Below, piece by piece: positions 9,965 to 23,708 of a DNA stretch of 64,000 bases. The position numbers and the translations under genes were made by a program. How positions within the stretch are numbered: position 1 is the first letter of the stretch; the number at the start of each line of letters is the position of its first letter. The notes beneath the pieces are model-generated. The model was not told the DNA's origin. It saw nothing but the letters and a program-made list of their open reading frames with translations, and ran no database searches. This stretch comes from Azolla caroliniana (Eukaryota; Plantae; Polypodiophyta), in contig JBHGNT010000004.1 in assembly GCA_043228905.1 (NCBI GenBank), positions 3,596,001 to 3,660,000 of the forward strand, given 5' to 3'.

Positions 9965-12960
9965 ATAAACAAAATCTATAGGGGAAAGTATCCTAAAACT
10001 TTGTGAGCTTCTCAAATGATGGATTCACACAAATTGTCGTTATATTGATCAATATTAATAACTTAACCATGGCTTAACTGTTGTCAACCAGTGGGTACCC
10101 TGCGTTTTATCTACCTTAGCTAGAATTCTACTAGGTTTTAATGTAGCCTCAGCCAGACATTCATCTTCCAAGGGGATCTTCCTTAGTCGTCCATCCTGTA
10201 GAACATCATAACTTAAGAAAGCACCATTATTTCTAAAGCCACAGACTCTAAGTAGAATATGGAAATTTGAAAATAATCCCACCCATTTATGACAATTAGA
10301 GGGAATATTATCCTGTAAGGGTAACTGCAACTTCCTTAACTCATCAAGTATGATCTTGCCTCCTCTTATTCCTCTATACTCCTGTTGAATAATATGAGTA
10401 AGATGGTGAACAAAACGTTGCCAAGTACTAAGAGATGAGGCAAAAGATGAATCCACTTGAGCCCAATTTAATCTAACTCTCCTCCCCAACATCGATCCTT
10501 CATCATCTAAAAATAGAGGATTCCAAACCAAGGGTTCATGTAATCATTCATCCATTGGGCCAAGCTTGTTGCAAATTAGCCTTTAGGGACCATGGTCATG
10601 CTCTCTTTATCGTTGCAAAGAACCTATCATTATGAAACACTATATTATGCGAATGGAAATTAGTAATAAACCCACCATCGTAGAGACCTTGTCCATTCTC
10701 CTCCAGTTTTCGCAAAGACCTCTTTCATTCTTAACCGATGAATCATCTTCCACGGCTCATTTACTAGCAATAATCCTTGCACTATAAATTTTGCCAATAG
10801 TGCCTTACATTGAATCAGAGGATCTACCAAACCTAAACCCCCTTGAGAAGTCGGCACTATAATAGTTTTTCAAGCCACCTTTGGTCTAACATACTTAAAA
10901 ATAGTAGAACCCCATAAGAAATTCTGAATCAATCTCTATAACTTTGACAACAAAGATCTAGAGAATAACCAGGACGTCATAATATATCACATTGAGCAAA
11001 GTAGTACTTTATTAGAAACAACAAGCCTCCCTACAAATGATAAATTCATAGAACTTCAAAAGATCAACTTATTCCTCAAAGAAAGCAATAAGGGTTGGAC
11101 ATGAGATTAATTCCCACTTGACACCCCAAATCTCACAGGAGAGCCCTTTGGCTTCCAACAAAATCCAACATCTAGACACCAATTAGGAGTAAATATTTCC
11201 CCAACCGAAAGTCCCACTTGTTTATGTCAATTAATAAAAGCACCTAAAGCGCCACAAAAATCATGGATCATAGTTTGCACATTATAGTCTGAGATTTCTA
11301 TCATCTCTTACAACATACAATGTTGTGTCATCTGCAAATTCACAATGTAACACAATCTCCTCCACACCTAGCCACTGTATACCCTTACATCAGTTATATC
11401 ATCCCAATACTCTAGAAAGAATTTTGGTGATAATACATCAGTTCCAAGGCATACATTCTTCCCAACAACCAACAATACAACTCTTACCTCTTCAGAAGAG
11501 ATTTCCTTCACCAATGATTCAGTCATCTCATTTGAGACCTTATGTTCCAAACTGTCCAAAACTACTTTTCTTTTTTGGAGTTGTTGAACCGAAAACCTTT
11601 TTGTTGTTAATAAATTTTATAAAAAGTTGTCCACACATCAAAGATTTACCCATCGTTGCCTTCTATTTGATCTAGAGAGAAACTTAATGAATCTTCTAAC
11701 CGAACAAAAGATGTAACATGCCATGCATCTTGCAATTCGAATGATAAACATAATCTTTCCCAAGTTATTAACTTGGCAGCACTCATCAAAGCATGAGCCT
11801 CCAATCCTATCACCAATGTCCTCAATCATATTAAAATCTCCCACAATACACTATTGATCCACTGATGGTAAATCAAATCCTATCTTAAACCAGAATTCCT
11901 TTCAAGCCCCTCCTGAATTCAGAGCATAAATATAAGAAAACCAAAATTAAGGTCTGAGACCAAGGGGATGATATATATTGAGCTCTATCATCGACTAGTT
12001 CATGACATTCTACCACCTGTTGTCTCCATTTCTCTGCTAAGGTTATACATAAACCTTCGTGTTTATTTTGATTGCCAATCGCAAGAGTTCAATAGTATTT
12101 CCAATTTCCTTTTAACATGTTCCCATATGTAGTTATTCCATTATCAGATAGATGAGTGTCTTGTAAACATGTCATATCACAAATACCCACATTAAACTTA
12201 TGCATACAGACTCTGCCCTTAAATTTCTTACTAAGAGCCCTTCCAAGCCCTTGAACATTCAAGGACAAATTTCGGAAATTATTTATAACTCAACAAAAAT
12301 TGCTTACTAACCTTAGTTCTCCCATCCAATGAAAACTTTTTAACTTGCATTCCTTACTGCTTATTTTCAATCCCTTAATGGACATCTTATTCGAGTAAGA
12401 AACAGTACTATGTTTCTTTGCATGTCAAGTCATGAACCGATTAATCATAATATTTCTATCCACTACCTTATTAAGAGCACTATGGCCACAATATTTGTTT
12501 CATGATTAAAGTGATGCTTAGAACTAAACCCACTATCTAAATATTTTAACCTCGGCCTAGTTATATGCCCATTGTAGTTATGGGGATCCTCCATTGATGA
12601 GTGACAACTTTCAACAATCACAATTTGCAACAAGTTAACCGCTTCCCCATTTTTTTCCACATTAGAGGCTTCCTAACTGACCGTGTGACCTTCCTTTTCC
12701 GCATATACAACTAATGGTATGTTTCATCTCTCTTTTTCCATAAACCCTTGTCATAGTGCCCAAGGTATGATTATCCTTGGGATGAGCCTCACCCACCAAA
12801 GAGTCTAGTAAATTACTAACTCCTATATTCATCCCCTATTCATCAAAGAAGTAGAAAGGTCACAATCTATAATATGATCCCTATTAGTTTTGTATTTGAT
12901 AATAGAAGCTCTATCTACCTCCTGTTGTGTGTTGTGTCCCTCCTTATGGGAGAATATGAA

Positions 12961-13260
<300 letters not shown>

Positions 13261-13261
13261 A

Positions 13262-13690
13262 TGTTAGAGCTAAGAGAGAGTGCTGACAAAGGAATTTAGT
13301 GAACATAGCAGCATTTTGGTTGGACTTTGTAGAGGAACTAAGGGACCTCAAAAGATGTGTTGCATGAGTAGTGGCATTGTAACTGTCTCTGGGCAAGCTG
13401 TCCTCCAAACTAGGTCCTATCATCTTGTGTTTTTCTACTATTTTCTTGTTTCGTCTACTTAATGAGACAAAGATTGTTGTCAAGGTTGTTGCCTTCAGAT
13501 TTTGATATTCCCTTAGTGATATCTAGGGAGGTATAACTATATATACTCTCTCATATATTGGAAAGTTTAGGTACCCAGAGGGTCTAGTGGTTTTTCCCGT
13601 TTTTAGGGTTTCCACGTAAAAATCTTGTGTGCTCTGTTTCCTTTGTTACATCGATCGATTCCTATGTTGCCTATTTGATTGTTCCCAACC
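13262..13690 (+). mobile_element. Solo LTR, copia-like
   Basis: Starts TGTTAG, has a TATA-like ctatatata, carries the typical U5 motif gtggtttttcccg..tagggtttccacgtaaaaatcttgtgt, and ends ..cccaacc (expected ..AACA). LINE sequence resumes afterwards. Confidence 0.7.
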
Positions 13691-15019
13691 CCATTCACAT
13701 CACCTCCTCAACCAGAACATCATCCATTGGTAATGTTTGTGTGAGATTATCAATGGGTTCAAATCTATCTCCTATTGGACCCCATTTATTGGAAAGGTCC
13801 ACATTCTTCACAAGAAGGCCTTTTCCTTTTCTCAACTTAGTCCCATTATCCACCACATCTATATCCCCTTTATCTTTAAATTTTTCCATACTATTCTCAC
13901 GAGGCGCATTCTGCTAGATATAAAATGCCTACATTTGAAGCATTGATTTGGCAATCCAACATATGTAAGCTTTTGCACTCGCACTTTGCTACCAATCAAT
14001 GGTGGGAATCAAATCAAGGAGCGAAGAACCATATTGTTATGCCCTAACAACCGCATTATTGGCATATTCTGATTTTTTTGCATTAAACCTATCAATTTCT
14101 ACATTGTCATCTACCAATTGCCCAATTGTGGCCGCAAGATCCTTTATTACTGGTCATCACTCTTTGAGTAAGGCCAGAAACATATTAACAAAGAAAACAA
14201 ATCGCTTAACAATTGTCTCCCTCAAATCATCTAAATTAAATCCTACATACCATTTTAAAAATTGCATCCATATTCCCTTTATCTTAAAACTACCCAACAA
14301 GAGCAATTTATCCACCATATCACCACTATTAAATTCAACATGGTAGTAGCCCTTACTAAGAAATTGGATGTCGAGAATTTGGGCCAAATCACCTTGCAAA
14401 CGAGCCTATAATAGGTTACATAGCTCGGCACGATTTGGTTAACCTCTTATTCTTTGTTCGTCATTAGTTCAATCGGTAATAAAGGGTCACTGACGAGTAT
14501 TGCTTTGTTTGCATGTGGTGAGTTTAGCAGTATATCACAATAAGTTTCCATTAGTTTTATTTGAGTTGACCACCATTTGACAAATGATAAAGATTTTTTA
14601 CCACATTAGTTTGGCCAAGACATGCTCAACCTTCAAAAACATATGGAATTAGTCCTTATATTATGGCATGCAATGCAAGTTCATGCAACAACAATCACAA
14701 AGTATTGACTTCTTCTAGAGGCCCACAACCCCACACAATGCAATGAGGAGTTACCACTTAGTGACAATAGGAATGTTGACAACCACAAAAACTCTACATG
14801 TGTCGGAATACAAGGCACTTGGGCCATACTAGCACCAAATGCACTTCATCATAGCCTTCCCTACACGACACTAAGAAACACCAAATACCATGTCGCCTTA
14901 TCACCACTCATTTCATGCATTAAGACCATTATGATGGATCTTTTGAAAACTTGATGCTTTTTTTTGTCTAGGATGAATAACTTGAATTCACCCATTTTTG
15001 TAACCATGAATTATCAATT

Positions 15020-15817
15020 TTGGCCTCTTATAGACGTTACTATAAATACATTACAAAAGTCAAGAATATGCTGAATCATCGATTACCACATCTTTCTTGG
15101 AATGTTGGATGTAAGCTACAAAAGAATCATAAAAGTAAGATTCTCTCATCTGGTTGGGTTGTTGACATAAAGAAATGGTTTAGAAGATGGGGTGTGGATG
15201 ATCTTTTAGAACTTTCAGGCAATGCTATGCAATATGTAATGATTGAGGAAAGGTTGGTGGAATCATTAAGGATGAAGTGGGAGGATGCTAAGAGGACAAA
15301 GCTAGAATACTACATTGCAAATGTCAACCCTGAATGTTGGTCTCAATATAAAGCAAGAATGTCTATTGATCGTATCCAACCTTATCTCATTACCAAAATG
15401 AGTAGCAATGCTCGTAGAGCCCTTACACTACTTCGCACTCGATCTCACAAGTTAGGTATTGAAGTTGCATCATGGTATCAAAATGTAACGAATTTGAAGA
15501 CATGTAAAGTATGCAATGAAGGCATGGTAGAGGATGACTGTCACTTACTCTTCACATGCTCGACATATAGTGCAATTCTTTCAAGATATGTTGACATACT
15601 AAGAGGGAGTGATAACTTAAGATCCATACTTAAGACACCACCTAGAAGGTTGAGCTCATATGTGTATGCTTTATTAACACATAGAGACTTTGTGCTTCAA
15701 CATATGAATACCCCTTCTTAGGAAGGAGACATATATCAAGAACACATGTATACTTTGGTCCCATAGGTCAAAATTGGCCTCTTTATGGACGATTCTAATT
15801 CTAATTCTCTATTCTAG
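15020..15817 (+). mobile_element. 5'-truncated non-LTR retrotransposon (RTEX/RTE-like 3' end) with (ATTCTA)n tail
   Basis: 233-aa open frame with RRALTLLRTRSHKLGIEVASW...CKVC..MVEDDCHLLFTCSTY (C-terminal CCHC region typical of RTEX-like ORF2), followed by a 3' stem-loop and microsatellite tail. It interrupts the repeat that is contiguous at 9722-9910. Confidence 0.8.
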
Positions 15818-18800
15818 CTTATGTATATTTGTCGAACTCCAAACAATATAAGATGGGCAATTGCGTGTGTGCGTGCGAGTGTATGCACATACACAAAAAT
15901 TACAAGTAGGGGCTCCTCATGTAAAGGTTAGATGTCATGTATGTTTATCAACCCTTGGAAAGTACCCTATTTCGTATAAAATTTGGTCTATTATAAGTCA
16001 TGTATTCCTATCTTTTTTCTTTAGTGTATAACTGTAGACATTTCTAAGTAGGTTAAACTCATATAAAGAATCAAAAACCCAAATGTAGAGAATTCAAACA
16101 CACTAATTGGTCCCATCTAGCTTGCAATGGTATCTAAAACTTAAATTGTCTATATTATGAGTGGGAAATAGTGCATTGTTGTATTGCTTCCCAATTATTT
16201 TCGAGCATGAATCGAACAAACTTCAACATGGCTCCATGTGTACCAATGATCCCATTGATAAGTCACCATATAGAACCACGTTACTAGTTATGCAAGATAT
16301 TGCCATAAATAATGAGATTGATGACGACGGGAGGTTTGTTCTATACAAATCTAAATTCTAGTGATAATGTTTTGTTAGAATAACAACATAAGTGTTGGAA
16401 CTGTCTACATCAAACTACTTTCCAAAAGTATGCAGGATCTGCACATGTGTGACCATGGGCCATGCTCATATAAAATTGCAAACTTGCAAGTGCACGTGTC
16501 CTTATGTCATGACTCATACGTGTAAAGAAACAACTATGGATTAGAGAAATTATCTTTATACAATGGAACCCCGAAAGTCAATTTATAGGTGGTGCCTAAT
16601 GAATCACACATGTTTAATCATTTTGGTTTTTTGAGCACATCTAGGCGAAGGCTTTTTATTTTGGAACAAGTTTTTCCAAGATAGCATTACAAAAGTGCGA
16701 TGTTGTTGTTATCTAACGTGTAGATGGTGACCTCGTGGACTTTAGACAACTTTATGAGTTGAAGTCTACAATGGGCAATGAATATGCATTTGGTTTTCAG
16801 CTAACTAGAACTTTAAAGCTAGAGATCATCATGAAAGTCATCAAAGGGAATCAATACTCACATTATTATATTACAATAATTATATAGTATTGTAGGATAC
16901 ACCATTCATATTCACATTGCATTCAATGCAACCCTGGAATTAGGTATGTTCTACTCATTGTGAATACATATGCAAGCTGGCAATCATTGACGACATTTTG
17001 GATGGAAATTAGAGCATGTAGGCTCCACTCCAACTATTGTCCATCTTCCAGCGGACAACTTAACAATTGTTACTTCAATTTTATTTGTTTCTTACTCAAG
17101 TATTTCTCTTGAAAATGTGCAAAACCATCCTACACATGAGATAGAGATATGGATCTTGCAAGTAAAACTAACTTTAGCGTGGATTTTTGCTCAAAGTGAA
17201 ACTAGTTACCCAACATTTTGTGTAATGATGCAACAAGGTACTAAGATATAAGACCACAACATATTTCATTAAGTTAGTACTACAAACTTACAAAATGAGG
17301 AATATGAACCACATAATAATTCCTCAATTGTCCAATTACATACATCTGGATCTAAGTTGCTTCTCATGCTCATGACCATATGGAATCAATTTTTTGGTTG
17401 GCTTCCAATTGTTGGCATCTTTACTTTGCACTAAAAGAAAGTGTTATTTCCCCCCAAGGGTTAGCCTTAATATTGTCAATACAAAAACATAATCATACTT
17501 TCTTTTGCATCCCATAGACCATATAAACTTCAGTGAACATTGAGATCAATAATCTTCATGACCTTATAGGTAACCATTGTTGCTGCATATCTATCTAACA
17601 TGTTATGAACTGTCACGGTCCCATCACTCATGTTTAGATCCACATGTTTCATTCCTTTGCCTTCATGTACATTCATACATGCACAAAAAAACAAAAGTAT
17701 ATTTTGAAGAAAAATATGTTTAAATGGGCATGAATGACATACAAAACGACAATGTAAGTTTGTTTAACTTTAATGTGAAGAAGTTTGGAGACATAAATTT
17801 GAAATATCGTTTTGACATATGGATCTAACAATTCCATGTTATGCATACAAGTCCAAATAAACAAATGCATGCTATACAAAAAGACAATGTAAGTTTAATG
17901 TTAATGTGAGCCATAAGACATGAAGTATCGTTGCTATATGAATTCGATATACAGCAATAAGGTGCAATTTGTATTCCATAGATAAGACCTTTAAACTTGA
18001 GATGGCCTTGAAAGTCATCAAGGGGATGGATAGTATTTACTACATAATAAAGCAAGAGAAAAGTTCACACATTACATCTTGTGTTGCATTCAGAATGACA
18101 TAAATGCAATCAATAAGTTATATATATGGTACTTGTTATCGAAAGGGGTTTATGGCATAGCAGAGGATTAGAAACTTTGATGTTATACTTTTGCCATTAA
18201 AAAATATTGACCCAAGGATGTGTGCATAACAATCCCTCTCGGAGACCTCTATACCAAACTATATATGAAGTAATTTCAAAACACTCTGGGGGACAGCAAT
18301 GTTTGAATGAGCATAACCAATGTTTAGTCATCACATTACGTAATGGGGTAACATAACTACTTAATCGACAACCAACCCAGTCTGCCCTCAAAACACTCTG
18401 GGCATGAATTTCAAAAGAGAACATCTTCTTTTCCAAACATTTTGTTATTGATATCCACGCTTCAAAGAGCACCAAGGGGATACATATTGAGTTTTATAAT
18501 AATGTTTTGTCTCGAATTCGAGACGGATAAATATATAAACGAATGAATAATGTGTTTACATAATGTTCAATGACGAAGAATAATATCATACCCTTAGATA
18601 GCTCTAGGGAGTGCATAGAAAACATTATAATGTTGGTGCTTTCCTTATATTCCACGAATAAGTCCTAAGGATTGCTCAGTTATATGAGATAGACTATGGG
18701 GAGATATTGGCTCCTACCATATTGAAGACTCTTATTACCATGGCAAGCCACCATGACCATTTTGTGCCGAACCTCTGCATTATCTGAATACTCTCTGAAC

Positions 18801-18912
18801 TTGGAAATGGAGGAAAGAAATTCTTTTCAGCTATGGAGAGGAGAGTCCCATCTTAAAAACTAAGGGAGAATGTAAACCAACAGGCGTTAGCTTTGACAAC
18901 AAGTCGCGACCG

Positions 18913-21900
18913 CTACATGCTGAATTGCTTCACAGCATATTCAAGTATTTGCTCAGTGGGACCTAAAATCTCTTTCACCTTTTGTCCATTCATGTAGATC
19001 TTGAACGTCGGAATGAAGCTCACACACTCCATCCTCGCCAAGTTCGGATTCTCTTCAACATCCACCTGGCCAAACGTGAGAAGGAACATTGTTGAAATCA
19101 TTCAGGAGACCTCATAATCCCTCCCTTAAACCCTAAACCCCAACCCTCATTCAAGGCATACTAGCAGAATCCTTCAAATTTTGGTAAGGGCACATCATCT
19201 CACCTTCACAAAATTTACACATGGGTGACGCTTGCACAAATCGTCAAGAAATGGTGAGAGTTGTTGGCACCGCTCACTCCATCGAGTGATGAACTCCACC
19301 ACTGACAAACCTAAAACATTACAAACAATTCCTCATTATTGGATTGTGGACTTCACCTATTTAAGAAATGAAAGGGTATTTTGGTCAAACTTAATTTTAC
19401 CTGGGGAACGAACAGCATCATGGAATTGGTCATCACCCAAGACTTCTTCCACATTTCCACCAAACTTCATTCGATGCACCTCCTCCCCTCGCGACTTTCG
19501 TATGGCCACTTGTACATCAAACAATCCTCGGGACACCTCTAAATCATCAGGCATTAACCTTCTCAAAACTTCATAATCTTGAAGTGCTTCTTCCCATCGT
19601 TCAAGCTGCAAAATGAATTTGAAAAAGGAAACAAATGTCAAGAATGATGACCCACATCTTGCATATGCTCATTGCTAACACCCATGCATTTGTTCAACAA
19701 AACATTACCATAGGAGCATAGCATCCATCATTTGGAACAATTTATTGATAAAATTTGATCTTATTGGCTTATTAATGCAATCTACCTCTCAATTAATTCA
19801 AGACAGTAGAGCAAAATATGCTCATGAAAATTCTAGCCAATGAAGAAATTCTATTTCGAGAGCATGGACATGGTATATAAAATCACGGTTGGTAGGAGAA
19901 CCCTATCTACTTTTTTCAGTGCCATGCATTGTTTATTGCAATGCCCTATTACCTTTGTCCAGCAACTGGCTCTCCTCATTAGAGCTTTTGTATAGTTCGG
20001 TTGGATTCGCAATGCGGAATCACAATCTTCAACGGCCTTTTCCCATTGGCCGATCTTTGATCTACATACAGCTCGGTTGCATAACAGGATAGCATTTGTT
20101 GGATCACTCTCTAACCCTTCAGAATATAAAGCTAATGCCTCAAAATAACGGCCCAATCTGAACATTTCATTCCCAGCCATTCTTGTACTTGCGACCGCCT
20201 GTGCTTTATTGAACACCGCGGCTGCATTCACATTGCTTGGATCGATTCTTGCTGCCGATTCTGCAGCCCCTACAGCTTTCTCGAATCTACATTCAGAAAG
20301 ATCAATTTATTAAATATAATTATGAGCCATCATCGAAGTCAAAAAAGCATCGAGATTTAGACTCATTATTTGGAAAACCATACACCTAAATTTGTGTACA
20401 TTTGCAAGAATACCCCTTGAAAAGTAGTTAATGTTGTACTAGGAATATCTAGGTAACGGTTCAAAACTTAGGGGTATTTTATATGTTTTTCCCTGCCTCA
20501 CCTCCCAAGAGTTATGTCCACTTGTGCCCTTATAATAAGAAGAAATGGATCAGCCGATATCACACCAAATTTCACCAATGGCCCCTCTATTCTTTGTGCG
20601 GCCATACACACAGTGTCCGCATCTTCTGGCTTATGAACACGGAGCAAAGCCTCAGATTTGTAACCAAATATCTGTTGAAAACAAAAGCAAAAACTCAATC
20701 AATATTATGTATAGAACAAAAAATAATCTTAGAGAGGATTCAACAATATGGTTAGAAATATAGGCTCATTTTGCATGCAGATGGCTTTGCCCCTACAAAA
20801 TCTATGTATCCATGGTCCAGATACTGAAGATGTTAAATCTGGACTCCAAAAATACATTCTTCTGAAATATAGGCTCATTTTGCATGCAGATGGCTTTGCC
20901 CCTACAAAATCTATGTATTCATGGTCCAGACGCTAAATCTGGACTCCAAAAATACCTTCTTCTGAAATCATATAATATTGTAGTTAATCTGAATGGCTAT
21001 AATCTTTTGTTTCGATAGCTATGGTTTTGATGCACACAAGGGCTCAGGTTTAGGGATATAGATATATATTGTGGGAGGTTCAGGTTTAGCAAAACCCTCG
21101 AGTCCCTTTTGTTTTGTGTCTGAGATAGGCTTTTTTACTACCTGTGGAGCCGAATCAGCCCCAGCAACGACAGCTGCATCACTCTCTTTGATGACTTTGT
21201 ACCAATCTCCCACTTTTCTTGCTTCAATGCATCTTTTGAGATGTTTTTCTATGTTCTCCAGGCAATGCACATCAACTGAGTTGAATTTTGACCCACCTCC
21301 AGCCATGTGAAGATGCTGCCGAGCTCTATCAATAAGACCCAACCTAAAAACACAAGGAAAAAGAAAGCACTAGCAATTAGTTAAAGATTCCTCAAGGCAA
21401 ACAATGCATTTATGGAAGATACAAACGAAACAGGTCATCTTTTACAAACCTTAGATAGAGTGATGCAACCCGTTGATGAGCAAGTGCATAACCTGAATCG
21501 AGTTTAATGGCTTCCTCACACTCTTGCACGGCTTCAGCTAGTCTACCAAGGCTACTTAGGGCAGCTGCCCGATTACTTCGAAAGGCAGAATTTCCTGGAA
21601 ATCGACTAACAATCACATCATACAACACCAAAGCTTCAGAAAATTGCCCTCTCCTATAGTACTCATTAGCCGCATTTTTTATCTCCTCGGGATCCAAGCT
21701 CACCTGAGCTCTCCTCAGAAGTGCCCGATCAACCAATGGTGCACTGTTGTTGAGACTCTCACCTTGTGGCTTTACACTACATTTCACACCTCCACCATAG
21801 CTAATTACATTACCATTCCCACTACCCACCATCAAGCTTCCATTATTGGGCAATAAACTAGACGAGTTTGCATTGCCTTTGCTAGGGTTACAAGGGTTAG

Positions 21901-22939
21901 AAATGGAAGAAGAACACTTCAAATTTTGGATATCGCTAACTTCACCTGATTTCCTATCCGACAATAACATTTCACCAGAGCTTCGAGACGATGTAGACCC
22001 TGATGATGGCACTGTGTATGCCAACATCTCACTCTTATAGTTGGTTGCACCAACAATGTTGGTTACCATTGATCTTTGGCTTATAGAGTTAGGGCTAGCC
22101 TTGCTCATAAGAATGTTGCCAAAAGAAGATAGTGTTCTATTATTATTAGCTTCAAGGGAATTCGGACTTTCTTTAAGCACTGTTTCGCATGTGTGTTTAT
22201 CGGCAAAAACTCGAGAATATTCAGATCTTCTCTCATGATCGTGAGAAGAAACTGATCTCCTCAACATTGTTTTCTTCTCAAGAGTTGTACTAGTCTCTCT
22301 ATCTATCGTTACCATGATCTCTTCGCTAATGTTTTTCTTCTTGTAAGAGGCATCATTGGTTTCTTTGGTTGATAAACCTTTCACATTCTTCTTATTATTT
22401 GCATCGAGCTCATTGGGCGGGCTCATCCGGTGCCGTCTCTTCTTCTCTAGGTTATCATTAATCTCTATGTTGGAGTGGTTTGAATCAATCTTTACAGTAG
22501 CATCATTATCATCATGGATGTCGATGTTATCACTAAGCTCTCTATTGAAATCATTTGAATTGACCATTGCAACATTATTACCTTTCTCGCTCTCCTTAAT
22601 CTGATTCGATGGGATTGAGCTCATGAGCTTTCCTCCATCCAAGGATTGTTCCTCTCTTCTAGAAGACCCATAAGCCACATTTTGAAGGGACGAAGTAGAA
22701 GAAGACGCATTAGCCTTGACATGGGCGTCTACGCTTGATCTGCTGAAGAATGAGATCTTGTCATGGGAAGGGAACTGTGTAGAAGGGGTTTGAGAGGCAT
22801 TCCGAGACCATGTCTCGGTGGAGGAGGAGGTTTGGACATTTGCTCTGCTCTTGGAAGTGTAAAGCTTAGTGTTGAAGATGCCCATGTACAAGAAATCCAT
22901 GGCAGGGTGTTTGGTAGGCTCTGCCTTGCAGTGAGCCAT
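18913..22939 (-). CDS. TTL1: TPR repeat-containing thioredoxin-like protein (TTL family), 7 exons, ~886 aa
   Basis: GT-AG exons 22939-21450, 21343-21142, 20671-20502, 20286-19953, 19605-19401, 19310-19204 and 19065-18913 join in frame (2661 nt). Long S/N-rich N-terminus, TPRs (DPEEIKNAANEYYRRGQFSEAL, GNEMFRLGRYFEA), GADSAPQ, and a C-terminal Trx-like domain with non-canonical WSERC. Confidence 0.93.
20372..20493. mobile_element. Foldback MITE-like insert in TTL intron 3
   Basis: Imperfect TIRs ggaaaacca...tgtttttccc with internal aatacccc/ggggtatt inverted motifs; similar to inserts at 31299, 59467 and 60721. Confidence 0.55.
20756..20968. repeat. ~109-bp tandem duplication in TTL intron 2
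   Basis: aaatataggctcattttgcatgcagatggctttgcccctacaaaatctatgtat.catggtccaga occurs twice. Confidence 0.9.
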
Positions 22940-23204
22940 GGACCCAAGAACAAAAAACAAAATCAAAATCAAACACAAAAAATACACAAGAAGAAGAAGA
23001 AGAAGAAGAAATGCTGTGTGTGTGTGTGTTTTCAGAAGAAGCAACAGGGTTCCTCTTATCAAAATAGGAGGAGGAGAAGAGCTTAGAGAGTAGAGAGAGA
23101 AAGGGGGGGAGGGGGGGGGGTTATGGCCACCTGTGTTTAGCTGTCTATTTTTATTTTTCTTTCTTTTGTTTTAGGTAAGGCTTGGGTGGGAGTGAGTAAT
23201 AAGT

Positions 23205-23205
23205 T

Positions 23206-23288
<83 letters not shown>

Positions 23289-23621
23289 TTCATTTATCTA
23301 TTTATTTATTTATTTTATCTATTCATTTATTTGTATATTTTGCTTATTTATTTATTCATTCATTTACTCATTTTTATTTATTCTTTTTTTTTATTTTTTA
23401 TTTTTTATTTTTTATTTATTCATTTTTATTTATTTATTTATTTATTCATTTATTTTTTTTATTTTATTTTATTTTGTATATTTTGTTGATTTATTCATTT
23501 ATTTGTATATTTTGTTTATTTGTTTGTTTGTTTATTTATTCATTCATTTATTCATTTTTTTTATTTGCATGTTTTGTTTATTTATTTGTTTGTTTATTTA
23601 TTTGTTTGTTTATTTATTTGT

Positions 23622-23680
<59 letters not shown>

Positions 23681-23708
23681 TAGAGATTGTGTGTGTGTGT
23701 GTGTGTGA
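23205..23708. repeat. Degenerate (TTTA)n array plus (GT)n upstream of TTL
   Basis: Directly visible low-complexity tract with pure ends and a degenerate centre. Confidence 0.95.

Noticed and set aside
15754-15793. Possible hammerhead ribozyme / Penelope-like terminus
   Set aside because: Core CTGANGA and GAAA boxes are absent and the ORF motifs are LINE-type, not GIY-YIG.
19128-19148. Telomere-like aaaccct repeats (also near 27-36)
   Set aside because: Only two or three degenerate units; common telo-box-like motifs, not an interstitial telomere.
22940-23062. Hydrophobic N-terminal extension of the 550-aa TTL ORF
   Set aside because: Begins at a non-ATG codon and derives from CTT/T-rich 5'UTR repeats; first ATG is at 22939.
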